Source: Basidiobolus meristosporus CBS 931.73 (taxonomy: Eukaryota; Fungi; Basidiobolomycota). Taken from it: a stretch of DNA of 64,000 nt. The notes beneath the pieces were generated by a model. It was not told the origin of the DNA. It did not search any database and was given only the letters and a program-made list of their open reading frames with translations. Shown in pieces: positions 13,201-26,548 of this stretch (within the stretch, counting starts at the first letter, position 1; the number at the start of each line of letters is the position of its first letter). Location of the stretch: positions 15,839 through 79,838 of the forward strand of contig MCFE01000410.1 of assembly GCA_002104905.1 (NCBI GenBank), written 5' to 3'. A program made the position numbers and the translations under genes.

Positions 13201-13820
13201 AGCTGGACCTTGCAGTGCTAGCTAAAGACCAGGATGTGTAGGAACCAGTGAATGAACCGTGGCATAATGACATTGGGTTCCCACCAAAGTTGTGGAGCCA
13301 GAGCATTACAGCAGAAATTCTTATTCAGTGGTGAATATTAATGGAGTTACTTATTGAGTGTGAAGTTGGGCTTGATGTTAGTGTAGGATATAGGGGCTTA
13401 TATAGAGGCTTATATAGGTCAATACAATTGGTAACTGAGGTAAAACTGAAGTTTCAACAGAAATAAATTAATTTGTATGCATAAAAAGTAAGAGAAACAG
13501 TTTAGTCAGGAACTAAGGAGTGTGAAAAGAGGCAATAGCCAATCAAAGCACACAAACATAGGAGATGATAGAGTGTCTGGAATAGAGAGTGAGCAAACTA
13601 GCACGGAACCAATCAAAAGTCACTTATACATTGTTGTAATGAAAAATTTTGACCAAGTTTTTTGTGATATCTGGGGTGCAATTATTTTTCAACAATCTCT
13701 GGATGGTGTCCTGACAGGATCAGTACCTCTTAGTCACAGGACTTTAACTTTGTGATGGCCTTTAGATGGGATCCTTACAATAACTTTTCAAAGGTATCAG
13801 TGTTATCTATCAAACCAGTT
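7300..13820 (-). mobile_element. Degenerate CACTA/EnSpm-like (tnp2) DNA transposon, copy 1; boundaries approximate
   Basis: About 7440-11150 is the reverse-complement homologue of 14200-19385, which carries tnp2 motifs. About 11400-13820 is homologous to 19400-20580. No intact ORF. Confidence 0.7.
11767..12837 (-). mobile_element. Solo LTR, about 1.07 kb, TGTAGTGG family
   Basis: Reverse complement of the 4527 and 20669 copies; flanks CTGC (11763-11766) / CCGC (12838-12841). An empty homologous site exists at about 19630-19690. Confidence 0.88.
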
Positions 13821-13914
13821 TTATTAGTCAGCAGATGAATTGGCAGATTCCTATCATGCAGAAGTAGATATACTGAGTAATATACAATTGGGTGATGATA
13901 ATGCATTTGTTATG

Positions 13915-14133
13915 ATGTGTAGTTGCCTTACTAATGCCCCTGCAAATTACATGACCTTGATGCAAACAGTCTTCCAGGAGTACTTTGACATGTTTGTTGT
14001 AATCTATCTAGACAACATATTGATATACAGCAAGACAGAAGAGGAACACTTGGTGCACATTGAGAAGGTCTTGCAGAAGCTAAGAGAGAGCAAGCTCTAT
14101 GGCAAGCTAGCAAAATGTGAATTCTTGAAGGAA
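13915..14133 (+). pseudogene. Isolated gypsy RT fragment
   Basis: [66 protein letters not shown], closely similar to 1960-2170 in the opposite orientation. Confidence 0.85.
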
Positions 14134-16454
14134 TAGGTGATGATATGCTAGACTTCAGACAGCCTCTTGAATATTAGCCTACTCTTTACTATTGCACACA
14201 ATAGCTTCAAGGATCTTCACTGTCTTTTGATATTTAGGCTTTGGTATGAATGCATGTTGTCTCCCTCCCATTCTGTGATTGGTTTTTCTGTGGATTTTAT
14301 CTTTGGGCACTGTTGTTGAGCTTCAAAGATTGTATGTTGTTCCTCTGCTGTTACATTGGGAAATACTTTAATTCTTATCTGTGACATTAAGCTACATGAG
14401 TTCCTTCTTTGCAGCAAAGATACTGCTTTCTCTACCTTGAATATTGATAGCTCTACATGTATCATCCATTCATGCTATTTCTTAACTATTTCCTGATTTC
14501 TCTGGGCCATTGCATCTATCCTATCAGCCACTGCACCTAATTACTTCATTACACCTTTGGTAAGTGCTGACAACATACTTGCTAATATCAGTGGTGGTAA
14601 TGTTATGATGGCCACTTGCTGGTCCTCAACTGAATATACTGCAATTGCAACACTCTCTTCTGCCTGAGCATAATAGTCAGCTTGCGGATCTGCAGAGGTT
14701 CTCAATTGCCTACTTGACTGAGAGCCTGAGATCTGCCTTATTACCTTCAGTGGGCACACTGTTAAAATGGCCTTTTTTGGATGTAACCCTGCTTGTTGCA
14801 CTAAATATCAAGGCAAGCTGTTGTCCAACTGTTCTTCTGCTGCTGTCAGCAGAGGGGTTTGGTTGAGAACCAGACAACTTTGCTCTATTTTCTGGCCACA
14901 TATATATGAAAGTGAGTCAAGCCAAAGAGGAAAGAGTGGTATAAATATGTGGGTATGTGGAGCTGCAACTTTATTTATAGTGCTTACTATGGCAGGTCAC
15001 CATTGATTCTTACATTCATGTAGGCGCAATGTCTCAAATATAAGACTGTCTTAAATTCACCTGAGTATTGGCCAAAAAGTGATATCATAGTGTTACATTG
15101 CTGAAGGTCAAGCTGCTTGCCTCATGGACAAGACTACTGTGATTCAATGCCATAACAGAAGAGATAAAAGACCATGTGGTTATTGTATCAAGACTCTCAG
15201 CCATAAAACATGCAAACAGCATAGAAAGTACTAAAAGATCACAGCTAGTGCATTGCCACTCAAGTCATATTAACCATTCATCAGTCATTAATGTACAAAC
15301 ATTATCCTGCCTGCCAGTTGATACTGCTATAGTAGCACCTGGCCATCTTTGTATCCTTGATCAAACTGAGTGTGGTGAAGTTGTGGTTCCTTTTGGCTCA
15401 CCTCAGCCTTTGGAATATGGCATGCAGATTGATAGCTCTAACAGAGAAGGCTCACTGATGGATTGTGAGCCCATCCCCTCTAACAGCAGTGCTATGCATG
15501 AGCCCAGTCAAATCTCATTATGCAATGAGATAGCACCCATTGAAACAAATGCCAAGGATACTTTATGCAGCTAAGTGAGCCCAATAATTCATCTTCTGGT
15601 GTATGATGTAATGTTGTGGCTAGAGAAGTGGCGTGTTTCCACTAATATCAGTAATTGGGGCTTTGAGGATTTACTACTACTTTCTGCCAAGCTTATTCTG
15701 GGATGCAACTTACCATGTACAATGTACAACTGGACACCTATCATGCAGCTGGTAACATATGACCCAGAGACTATTCACATCCAAAAATGCCACCATTGCC
15801 ATCCATTCAAGTTGTCAGGATTCAACCACCATTGAGGGAAAACACAGCTAACACTCCAAATATATTCCAGTTATACCTTGCTTAAAGAAGCTCATGCAGT
15901 CCAATGGATATTGCAAAACTATAAAATACCTCACTCAGTATCAATCAAGTGCAAACATATCCAATGTATTTGATGACAAACATCACAAACAGCCAAGAAG
16001 CAAGGGCTACTTTGAAGGAATGCAAGGTCATGACTTTGCTTTAGCGCCGGATGGATTCTTATTAAACAAGTACTCTACCAGCAAATCCTGCTGGCTACTG
16101 ATTCTTATCAACCTCAATCTGGCACCCATCTTAAGGTATCAGGGCCAAGATCTGATGGTAGTCTCACTGGTATCTGGGCCAAAATCACTGTCCAACCCAG
16201 ATACCTACCTGTATCCATTGCTGGATGGATTTTGTATGCTTTCCAGCAGGATAACAGTAAAGGGCCATCATGCCAAAGTGCATATTATCATCTGCATTGG
16301 AGATACCCCAGCCATCAGCAAGATAGCAGGTTTTTCTGAGCATAATGAACATTATTGCTGTTGAATGCATGACATCCAGGGGATTTACTCCATAACTCAC
16401 ACACATTATTATTACCCAAACACCAACACTAAGAACATCATCTTCCCACAGAGA

Positions 16455-17635
16455 GAACTGTGGTAATGGAAAGTACTCCATTACTACAATATCTCTAAAC
16501 CAATATCGCACTCATTTCTTTATTTTGCTTTTTGCTATTGTAACACACAAGTGAAAGATCAAGAATTTCCATCTTGGAAGAACAAATGCTCCAGACCCTG
16601 ACAAGCAATCCACCCAAGAATATTATGTCATACAGAACACGTAGTAGCCAACACATGTTTCAAATTACAGCTCATTTGAAGCAGTACTTGAGGAGTTATA
16701 ACCAAAATAGTCCAATTATTATATATACTATGCCTTATTGCTAGGATTACTATGGTGACTTTGAACACGTGTTACTTTTGAACCAGCCAACCAAATCACA
16801 TGATACTTTAACAGGTGCTGCCCCTATGTCCAATCTGCGCCACTGCAAAGTTTTAGCTTTATATCATGTGTATTGCTTGCGCAATCGCCCAAAAACTTTG
16901 ACCCTTCAAAATTTTCATATATATGACTTCCCCAGCTGAAAAATAAAGAGAGAGCCTCTCTTTCCAGAATCTCCACACTACAATTAAAAGTTTAAAAGTT
17001 ATGAGACTTCCCCTGCATCACTTGCACTGTTGAGTATTATGACTTTGATCAGTACTACATCAGTAAAGAGACTGCAAAGCTCACAAGAATCCAATCTAAG
17101 TTCTACAAGAAACTACCCCTTTTCTGTCAGAAAAGCCCCCTCAAGGAAACCCCTTTACTCTAAAGACACCCCTTTAGACACCCCTTTAGTCTAAAGACCC
17201 CTTTAGAGACCCCTTTATGAAACCCCTTTACTCTAAAGAAGCCCCTTTAGACACCCCTTTAGGTCTAAAGACCCCTTTAGAGACTTCTACAACACACCCC
17301 TTCAGGTTAAAGGGGAGTTCAGAATTTCCATATTAGGAAATATCTTCTCAGAAAGGAAAGTGACTTCCAAATAAGGAAAAGTTACAATAAAAGTAAATAA
17401 GCCCATCAGTCAACAGAAGGTCAGAACACTGCTGTAGAAGTGATAAACACTGCCTACAGTATATTTTGAGCCTAAGATTGAGGAAATTAGTGAAAGTAAT
17501 ATCTTCTATTGGTATATCAAACTCCCAATAAACTAGTTCAGTATTAGCATACTGGAATTTGTTGTATATTGTTGATTAGCCTCTACATTGTAGAACAAGC
17601 CCCAAACTAATCATAATACAACATAACAGAACATA
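16455..17635 (+). repeat. Block X (copy 2), inserted inside the tnp2 coding region
   Basis: Copy 1 is contiguous across this point (CCACAGAGAAAATGTGCAGAAGTCAGCATGCAATTGCGG), whereas copy 2 has about 1.17 kb extra. Confidence 0.7.
17147..17285. repeat. Imperfect CCCCTTTA/CTAAAG minisatellite
   Basis: About 9 CCCCTTTA units interspersed with CTAAAG. Confidence 0.8.
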
Positions 17636-20600
17636 GAGAAGTTAACATGCAATTGCGGGAAATTGGACAAGCTATAAGTCATCAGCCTGAATATGGAATC
17701 AATTGGAAACCGGAGATACTTAAGACAGAGGGTATTTGTTGGAGCAAAAGCTTTCCACTGGAAGCAAGCATTTGCTTTTTAATAATATCTCTATACTGAT
17801 GACTAAGTTGTACATGGGGCATTTCAAGCTAAATGAGCCCTTTGAGACACCAGAGAAATTTGAAAGAACTGGCAAGATATTACAGTGTATTTGCTACTTT
17901 AAGTACTTCTCATGGGCTCCAATCAATATTCATATGAATATGCAACAACTCAAACGCAAAGACAGGATAAACTGGATAAGTATTTATTCTAGTGGCATTC
18001 TGATGCCATTCCTACCAAGAGTACATAGGAAACATTTGGAGTCATATATGAACATTGTAGGAATATTTATCCAGAAGCAGATCACCAATACCAACTTGGC
18101 ACATCTACAGCTGTTGTGCAAGGAGTTTGTAATGGGATTTGAGCAGCTATTCTACAAACATAAAGCTGAATGTGTAGGTCTCTGTTGCTACTGTATCCAT
18201 CTCTACTCCATCTTGCTTGGTGTGTGAAGAATATTGGGCTTTGCTTCACCTTTTGGGAGTTTCCTATGGAGCAGATGCGCAGAGAAATAGGAATTCAAGT
18301 CAAGTTGCAGGTATTACCATATCCCAATATCACCAAGAATATTACCTTCAGGGCCATCATTGATGTGATGAGCTGGCACACGAAGGACAGCACATGGAGA
18401 CACATATGCCTATGAAATTATGAAGCTAAGCAGCCCCAATGAATGGGCAATCAGTTAAGTAATGCAAAGTTGGGTTGGGAGCAACAAGCAACTAATTTTT
18501 GTTAAGACAGCTCTACCAAAGTATGCCAGGCTTCTCTTGGTCTCAAGCCAACTTCTACATCATTCAATATGGGATTCACACCAACAAGTGCCAGAGCACA
18601 TATATAAGGGGGACTTGAATCCAGCAGGGAGAAGGAACATATTGGCTAAATACCAAGAAGTTATTTGCAGATATTTAGGAGGTATTCATGGCTGAGGTTG
18701 TGGCAACCAAGGATATATTTGCAAGATGTATGTGTTACCAGTAGTACAAGGTATTTGGCACCTTTGCAAGTAGCACAATAAAATGCTGTAAGGTTGAGGT
18801 GATAGCAGTATGTCAATAGTGGTAGGTGTGCCCATTTGTAGTGGTTAGTAAGCAGGAGGCCATAGTACTTTTTGATTTGAGCTGCATGTGGAATACCCAA
18901 GGTAGTAGTGGGCAAGCAAACAAAGTGATCTGATTCTACAGTGGAATATATGAATTGCACAAGGGGAGGTAGAAAAGGAAATACCATTTGGTAAATTGAT
19001 GCAGTAGCATTGTACAGGACTAGCTGTAGGCTGCAATACTGCCATAATGATGCCAATAAAGACTCACTATGAGGCCATCAGACACTACCAAGTTTCTTGC
19101 CATTTAAAGCAACTGGATGTACTGGCTGGTTTGATCCATTCAAAATAGTTGTGGAGTGCATTAAGACTATAACATTACCATGCAATTATTGCTACAGCAC
19201 TAATCAAACCCTGTCAGGTTTTTCAACTTTATTTGGCAGCAAATTACCCTAACACCATCATGGTCCTGTTATGAGATTGTCAAGAGAGTCACTAATTCTA
19301 AGCTGCTGCTATTATGATGGTCTCTAAGCAGGATTCTGGTAGTGGATCTGGATTGGATCCACCTGCAGGACCAAATTATTTTTCATATGGTAGGCAGGGC
19401 TGAGTGTCCCAAACAAGTAGCAAAGAAATGTCAGTTTGCTAGGAGAGTGCCTGCAAGGGAGAGGCAGGCAAAAACAGATGCACTAGTGCAACATTTAGCA
19501 AGGAGAAAATGTATTACAATGTAAGAAGCACTCAGTTAAAGCATTGGTGAAAGACTTGGCAGTGATAAATGTTAAGTCAAAGACTGAAAAGCTTACCCAA
19601 TTCACAGACAGGAGGGTATGAGAAAAAAGCTGTAGTATTCATCAATGGATGCCATCAGCTCAGAACAGGCCAAAACCAATAATGGCCAAGAAGACATAAT
19701 AAAAAGAAAATGTCTGTTTTCTCAAGTGTTGGAAGCGCAGTCAGTCAAGCAGCACTCCAATGAGGTACATCAGCTTGCAGAAAAAAGCACTTTGTCTACC
19801 ACTGCCTCCCCATCCTGTATTTTTGAACCAGTGGAGCTCCCACTGACAGAAAAAGCAACAAATATCAGGAGCTCAAAAGACTATCACTATGCCTACAATG
19901 GAATTTTTGAGCATTAATTGGCACATCAAGAGGTTGCAGCACTTCTTCAGGAGCAGTGCCCAAGAAAATGCACTTGAATAATGCAAGGTTTCATTGCAAA
20001 GACTGGTAGTTGAGGGTCAAACCTTGTAGTACCAGCTGAAGGCCAGGCCATATTGGAACAAGTGAATGAGCAGTAGCATAAAGCCACATGGCTACTCCCA
20101 GAGGCATAGAAAAAGGACATAACAGTAGGAATACCTATTGAATAGTGAATTATATTGGAGTTACCTCCACAGTATGGGGTTAGGCTTAATGTTAGTGTTA
20201 GGTATAGGGACTTGCTAAAGTCAATGCAATTGGCAATTGAGGTACAACCAAAATGTCAACAGAAATAAATCAACCTGTCTGCATGAAAGTTCAGAGAATT
20301 GGTTGAGTCAGGAAGTAATGGGTATGAAAAAGAGGCAAAAGCCAAGCAATGTACACAAACACTGGAGGTGATTGAGTGTTCAGCCTCAAATAGTGAGAGA
20401 ATTGGAGGAGAACTATCCAATAGTCACTTCTCAATTGTTGTGATGAAAGATTATGATAAAGTTTTTGGTGATATCTGGGTTCAATTACTTTACTGCAGTC
20501 TGATCATGGTGTCCTAATGGGATCAATACCTCTTAGTCATAGGATGCTAACATTTGACACCCTTTTATGGGCTCTTCACAATTATTTCTCATAGGGCTTT

Positions 20601-20668
20601 AGACTTGTTCTATTGTACCATGCCAGGGTGCACAGCACAATCTGTGGTCTTTAAGAACAATTGGGTGC

Positions 20669-21739
20669 TATAGTGGGGTGACAGTGACACCCACTGACAG
20701 ATGTGATCATTCCCTTATTTTCTACTTTGCTATATCTCTACTACACTTATTTTAGTTTTATCCCATTTGTCTTACCTGATCAGTACTATCCCATAAGCCG
20801 GTTGTCTATCACACCTGCTTACCTTATTGCATAAGTTACCCCTCACTTTATGTAAGATTACTAGCTATAAGTGCTTCTATATTAGGCAAGTACCCGCACC
20901 AATACCCGTGACACATGGTCAACCTGTCTCACCATCCCTATCATTTCCATACCATATATGGTATCACTATGTTACACAGGTTTCAAAATACTGATTCCTG
21001 ATTGGTTGGTTGTGCTGTGCCTCTTAGAACCTTCTGGCACCTACTTAGAACATTCTTAGGTTGTTCTGATGTCATTAAGACTTCTATTGACATCTGGAAC
21101 CTTCTGGAACACCATGATTAGTAACCACTTAGCCAGTAAGAAAAGTATATAAGGGAGGCTATCCCTCAACAATAAATCATCATCCCTTTTATCAATATAC
21201 CAACTTGTTGATTAGTGTGATCACTGCTACCTGCTGCTACCTGAACTTCCAACCCCAGACCACAGGACACTCCCAGGAAACCATGCAGACAAGCCAACTG
21301 ACCTTGGAGGCACTACTTGTGAGGAATACTCAGAGTAGGTATCTTTTATTATATTTGATTCTTTCCCAAGTTTGTTCTTGTACAGGCAGAGATACTTTTC
21401 TGTCTTTGTAACTATTGACCACAGCTGCATTCTTATCAAGTCCCTGCTGGTGGAGTTTACAGTTGTTTTGACTTTGGAAGCTTTAGTACATTGTCATCTC
21501 AAAGGATGCTGAACCAAGCACATACTTTTGTTAAGATGCCAACCAAGTTGGGGATTGTAGATCAATAGTTTCCCTTGACAAGCTTGTGGTTTTATTCCCA
21601 TTCACATTAGATTAGAGACAGAACCCAAGTATTCCTAGCAAGCTTTTGCTAGAGGTTATTGCACCCAGTGAACACCCTGCACACAAAACACTTGAGAAAT
21701 GTTGGACATATTTCTCCTTTGGACTTATACACCATCACA
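20669..21739 (+). mobile_element. Solo LTR, TGTAGTGG family, non-matching flanks
   Basis: TATAGTGGGGTGACAG...CACCATCACA; near-colinear with 11767-12837; flanks GTGC / ACAG. Confidence 0.85.
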
Positions 21740-21759
21740 ACAGTAGATTCAGAGCTAAC

Positions 21760-22258
21760 ATCCCTACCATTTCAGTATCATGTATGGTGTTTCTGTGTTA
21801 CACAGGTTTCAGACTACTGCTGTGCCTTTTAGAACCTTCCAGGACCTTCTTGGTGTATTTTTAGCTCATAGTGATGTTGTTATGAATTTAGCTGATGCAT
21901 GGAATCTTTTTGATCCTTGTTATTAATAATCGCTTGGCAATCAGGAAAAGTATCCATGAGAAGTCAGTCCCTCATCAATCAATCATCCCTTTTATCAGTC
22001 ACACATTCCCCTTATTGACTTGCAGTTGATTACTGCACCCACCTTCAATAGTTACACCTCAGACCTGCCATTGAGTAGCTTTTCAGGGTAGTGCACAAGA
22101 AGCACAGATGCCTTTGGAGACACTTGGAGCATCTAGAAATCTAGAGATGCAGGAGCTTTTACCATAGTGACATATTGGCCAAGATACTAGCAGTTTAGGC
22201 CCAGAGGTTATTGCACTCATCAGACACCTCACACATCTTGAGTTGTGTAGCTTCTTAG
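21760..22258 (+). repeat. Partial LTR related to 200-1003
   Basis: Shares CACAGGTTTCAGACTACTG, TTTTTAGCTCATAGTGATGT and TTTCAGGGTAGTGCACAAG with about 470-980. Confidence 0.75.
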
Positions 22259-22259
22259 G

Positions 22260-24500
22260 AGTCAGAGTCTTTTGAGCTTGGATATATACAAGGGCTTGGT
22301 AGGCAGTGTACAATGTAAAAAGGCTATGGCATAGGTACTGATGAAACTTCTTCAAGGCAAAGACTATGGCAAGTAGCTCCTTCTTGGTGGCAGAGTGGTT
22401 TCTCTTAGCAAGTTGTAGAGACCTGGCTTGAAAATAAGTCCAATGAGGCAGACTTTGGTCTTTATCCTGATAGTGGGCTGCTCCTAATACAACATTAGAT
22501 GTATCTGTAGCAACAACAAAGGGCTTGGTAAAGTCTGTGTAGGATAAGATGGGTGCTTGTGGGAGTAGTTTGCACAGCAACTCAAAGGCTTGGTCATGAG
22601 TCTTATTCCAGGCTGAGGGGAGATCAGGGCTATGGTGTAATGCATCCAAAGGGGCACTCAATGAGGACATGAATGGTATGTGCTCAGTGAAATAGTTGAA
22701 AACCTCATGGAAATGATGAGGCTGCTGTTGTAAAAATTTGTAATTCCACCTAAACATTCACCTGACTTAGTCACTTAGATCATTATCTTCAAATCCTAGG
22801 GAATACTGACCAAATTCCTTGTTGGGATTTACTTAGAATACTTTTACCAAAATACCAGGTATCCAGAACATGAAAACTCTCAAAGTTGTCCAAACAGCCC
22901 CACACTGTGCACACATGTTCTTGGGACCTTCCTTAACCTATTCTACGTGTTTGTAATGCCAAGACCATGTAAATGTATAAATACTACTTTTACATTCACT
23001 AAATCAGTAAGTGAAAGCCACATAATCCACTTGTCCTCCCAATCACTTCCAATATCTCCAAGACTCCTACAACAGCTGCATGGTGCTAGTGGATTTTGAC
23101 CATTCACAATGTTAACCAGTTTGGAAGGGTCTAGTTGGTGGCCAGCTGTTCTGACTATAAATCCAAAGAGATTGATTTAAAGGCAAGCAAAACTGCACTG
23201 TTCAGCATTGAGAATCAGTCCAATGGCAGTCAGTCTGTTGATTACATCAGTGACATGAGTTGCATGATCATCATGGTTTGTGGAAAATATGATGACATCA
23301 TTTAAAGACACTAATGTGTATGGAGCATTCTTGAGTGCTACATTCATGACTCTCTGGGACTTGCTGGTCAGTGTCATTAGGCCATATGGAGCCCCCTGAA
23401 ACATTCATTGCATATTATTTCAAGTAAAGGCTGTCTTATGCAGATGATCAAGGTGGATCTGGAATTGGTGGTATGCATCCTTTAAGTCCAACTTTGAGAA
23501 TACTTTTGCTCCTGATAGTGAGGAAAAGATATCCTGGATTCTTGATGTTGGAAATTTGTCATCTTGGAGAGGTTTGTTCATAGGTCTGGGGACCAAGCAG
23601 GGTCTCCTCAAAGTTGGATTCCCAGTAACATCCTTCTTAGGTGCAAGCAAGTAATTTTTGCTAATGGTGTAGAATTCTTCTCAGGACAGGCAGGTCATCT
23701 ATATTCCATCTTTCCACATTTAAAGCAGTTGTCATCAACATATAAGTTATCAACTCTGGTTTTTTGCTGCAACTCTAAGGTGTTTCCTAACTTGTTTGAC
23801 TGCTTAGTGATATGTTTGCACTCACTAGTAGAATGATAGCATCTTCTGTGAGGTTGAGAGTGCTTGGTAGCAGTTGATTTCTTCTTGGTTACATGAATAG
23901 TCTCTTTTCTGGTTGTTGCAGGATCTTGTGTTGAGTTGCCTGAGATCTGGCTTACAGCTGCAGTCATGGTTATTGCAAGTGTACATTTCTCAGCAATTTT
24001 GTCATAAGTACCTGCCAGGTTGCATGCTTTGACAATAATAATATTGCTCTGCAGCCAGTATGAGAAGTATGAAAGAAAATGAGCAGTAAGTGATGGATTA
24101 TCAGCACTAACTCCAGCTAATCTCTTTTGTCTCTGGAATATAGCACAGAAGTGTTGCACAGATTCAACTTTTTGCATTTAAGCTTTCCATGAGTTGCAGC
24201 TTAGTCCTGCTTTCTTGAGGGGATCTTTAAAATGGCTGCAAAAGAGTTCTGGGGCAGTTTTTCATGTACTATTGGACGGAATGTTCACTTGAACCCAGTT
24301 GGAATCATTTATGGTAAGACAGATAGTTGGAACTCTAGCCCAATGGGTGCCAGGGTCTAGCTGGTGTGCAGCTATCAATTACTATGGCAACGTTCTCCAG
24401 AGCTTCTTTGATTATTATTATTTATGGGCTTTGAGTGTTGTAATTATTCTGCAGTCACTTAAATATTCATGCTAACATAGTTGCACAGATCTTATTCTGT
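22260..24500 (-). mobile_element. Second, distinct degenerate Ty3/gypsy relic (RT, RNase H, gag-like remnant); right boundary approximate
   Basis: FSKLDLKDAYHQ (23420-23650), YGLMT...NDVIIFS (23177-23404), FVVATDTSNVVLGAAHYQ...KELLAIVFALKKFHQYL (22083-22757). Confidence 0.8.
22726..23074 (+). mobile_element. Copia solo LTR (349 bp)
   Basis: TGTTGTA...TACAACA with perfect 5-bp TSD GCTGC; homologous to the 3' LTR at 57580-57912. Confidence 0.9.
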
Positions 24501-25509
24501 AATTAGCTCTCTGTCCTGACTAAACTTTTTGTCAGAAATTACTTTGAATATTTGCATCATATTATCAGGCACCCAGATTATGATCTTTCTCACAGTTGTC
24601 CAAAAGACCCAAACTTTGCTCAAATATTCTTAGGATCTTTCTTAGCAAACTCTACAAATTTGTTTGCCTTACTTATTCAAGGCATAAATAACCTACCAAT
24701 GATCAATAAATGCAAGTGAGTAACATGTGAATCCTCTACTTCTCCATATCATATCCAATACTTCTCAGAGTACTGCAACATTGAGTACCTCCTTAGATTA
24801 TTTTCAGTGCTGACTTAAGCTTCTTTCTTCCTTCTACTTGTCACTTCATTGTATTGATTCCTCATCTAGGAACCTGAGATATATTCAATATAAGATTAAA
24901 TCCACAGTTCTAGACTATAGCATGGGTACCAAGCCCTAAAATCTGTCTTTCAGGCTACTCAGGAAGGTTTATTATCTGATCTGCATCAGTAGTGTGTGTA
25001 CCCACAGATTCTATCTGACAACTAACAGGACAGTTGTGTTGATTAGATTTTTCATCTCTCTTCCTTGGAGCATCTTTGTAGTAGAGAGTTTTGTCTAACA
25101 GACAATTTCTTAGTAGCTGAACAAGCATGGTTGGTGACTTTGCCCCTGAGCATGGAACTAGTCACTTGAACGTAACATTAAAGCAAATGCAATGGAAGGT
25201 ACTTGGTTCATTCTTCAGGTATATTAGGGATTCTTCTCATAAAGCTTTAAGTGGGCTTTCTTCTTCCTTATCACTATCATGTAGGCATCTTTTCTGTAGC
25301 AGCAGCATGGGATTTAGCATTTAGATTCATCAAGCTTGTTGGCTGAGATAAGATGCCAGTAATAGCAGTAGTAGACATTCCAGAGAGTGACAGCATGGGA
25401 CTCATAACCTGTTGCATTTGTACTGAACTTATTGGAAGTAATTGGGGGAATAAGTAGAATTGGTGGCTTCACCTGATGGTTTAACAATTACAGACGTAGC
25501 ACTATATAC

Positions 25510-25970
25510 TAACATGCACTTAGCAGAACAAGCAAGTAGCATATGTTCTGGAGGGTCTCAAGAGCATGTGTGCAAAGTATGTAACTGTTTGGACAACTAT
25601 GAGAAAATTCATATTTTGAGTACCTGATGATTTGGCCAAAGTAATCCAAGTAAATCCCAACAAGTACTCTGATCAAAGTTCTGTAATATCTGTAGGTAAT
25701 GATCAAAGTGGCTAAGTAAGGCAACTATGTAGGTGCTACCAAATACTTTTACAACAAAGTCCATACACTCATGATACATAAAAATCTTAAGCTGTTCCAA
25801 CAGCCCCAAATGATGAACACATGTTGATGGGACTTTACTCATAATACTCTATCCAATTCTTTTGCCATGACTATCTACAAGTATAGATATTACTTTTGCA
25901 ATCAGAAGTCAATAAGTAGTAATCACATAACCTACATGTTCTCCCAACCACTTGCAATCTATACAGCTCT
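25510..25970. repeat. Diverged, rearranged Copia-LTR remnants
   Basis: Minus-strand LTR-like segment (AAGTAAATCCCAACAAG) abutting a plus-strand segment (GTTCCAAACAGCCCCAAA...CACATAACCTACATGTTCTCCCAACCAC). Confidence 0.55.
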
Positions 25971-26548
25971 GACAGCAGCTGTCGAGTGCTAAGCTTTCAT
26001 TTCATGGAATGTCTACCACTGCCATTAGTTGATTTCTCCCCTCTGCTGGAAAGCTCAATGGATCTAACAACTAAGTCTGAAAGGCAAAGGCAGCAATGAT
26101 TCTATGCAACAGAGGCCTGTGGGGTAATGTGATGTAAATAGATTGTACTTGCTATGGTGTAAGAGAAGCAGCCCTAAGGTATCACAAGAAAGAACAAGGT
26201 ATATGTAACTGCATTTACCTTAATGTCAAAGACATCCTGCTAGCTCAGTGCTCAAGAGACAAAACAGCCAGGAATGGCTATAAGTGATCAGAAGACACCT
26301 ATAAGTCATGTTCAGCTGCAGAGAGAATGAATCAATTATAGAAAGGCTCCATAAAAAGATGCTCCCAGGAAGTAAAATGAAAACCTACTTATCAGAAACA
26401 GCCCATTAGGTTGAAGAGATTGAATCAGTGAGAGTGCTAACTACCAATGAAGGAGTTACCCACCTGAAAAGCCTGACTGGTAGGCTTCAGGGCCTTGTGT
26501 CATCCCAAAATTTATGAACTGTGGATCTAACTGTCAAAATAAGTATGG

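Larger units (their letters stand above)
14200..20580 (+). mobile_element. Degenerate CACTA/EnSpm-like (tnp2) DNA transposon, copy 2; boundaries approximate
   Basis: DGFLLN...CWLLILINLNLAP...SGPK...YLYPLLD...GDTPAISK (15894-16364) and FEQLFY...LLHLAWCVKNIG...WEFPMEQ (17736-18415) match tnp2-type transposase motifs. Confidence 0.8.

Noticed and set aside
17147-17285. Interstitial telomere remnant
   Set aside because: The unit is TAAAGGGG on the minus strand, not TTAGGG, and it lies within dispersed repeat block X.
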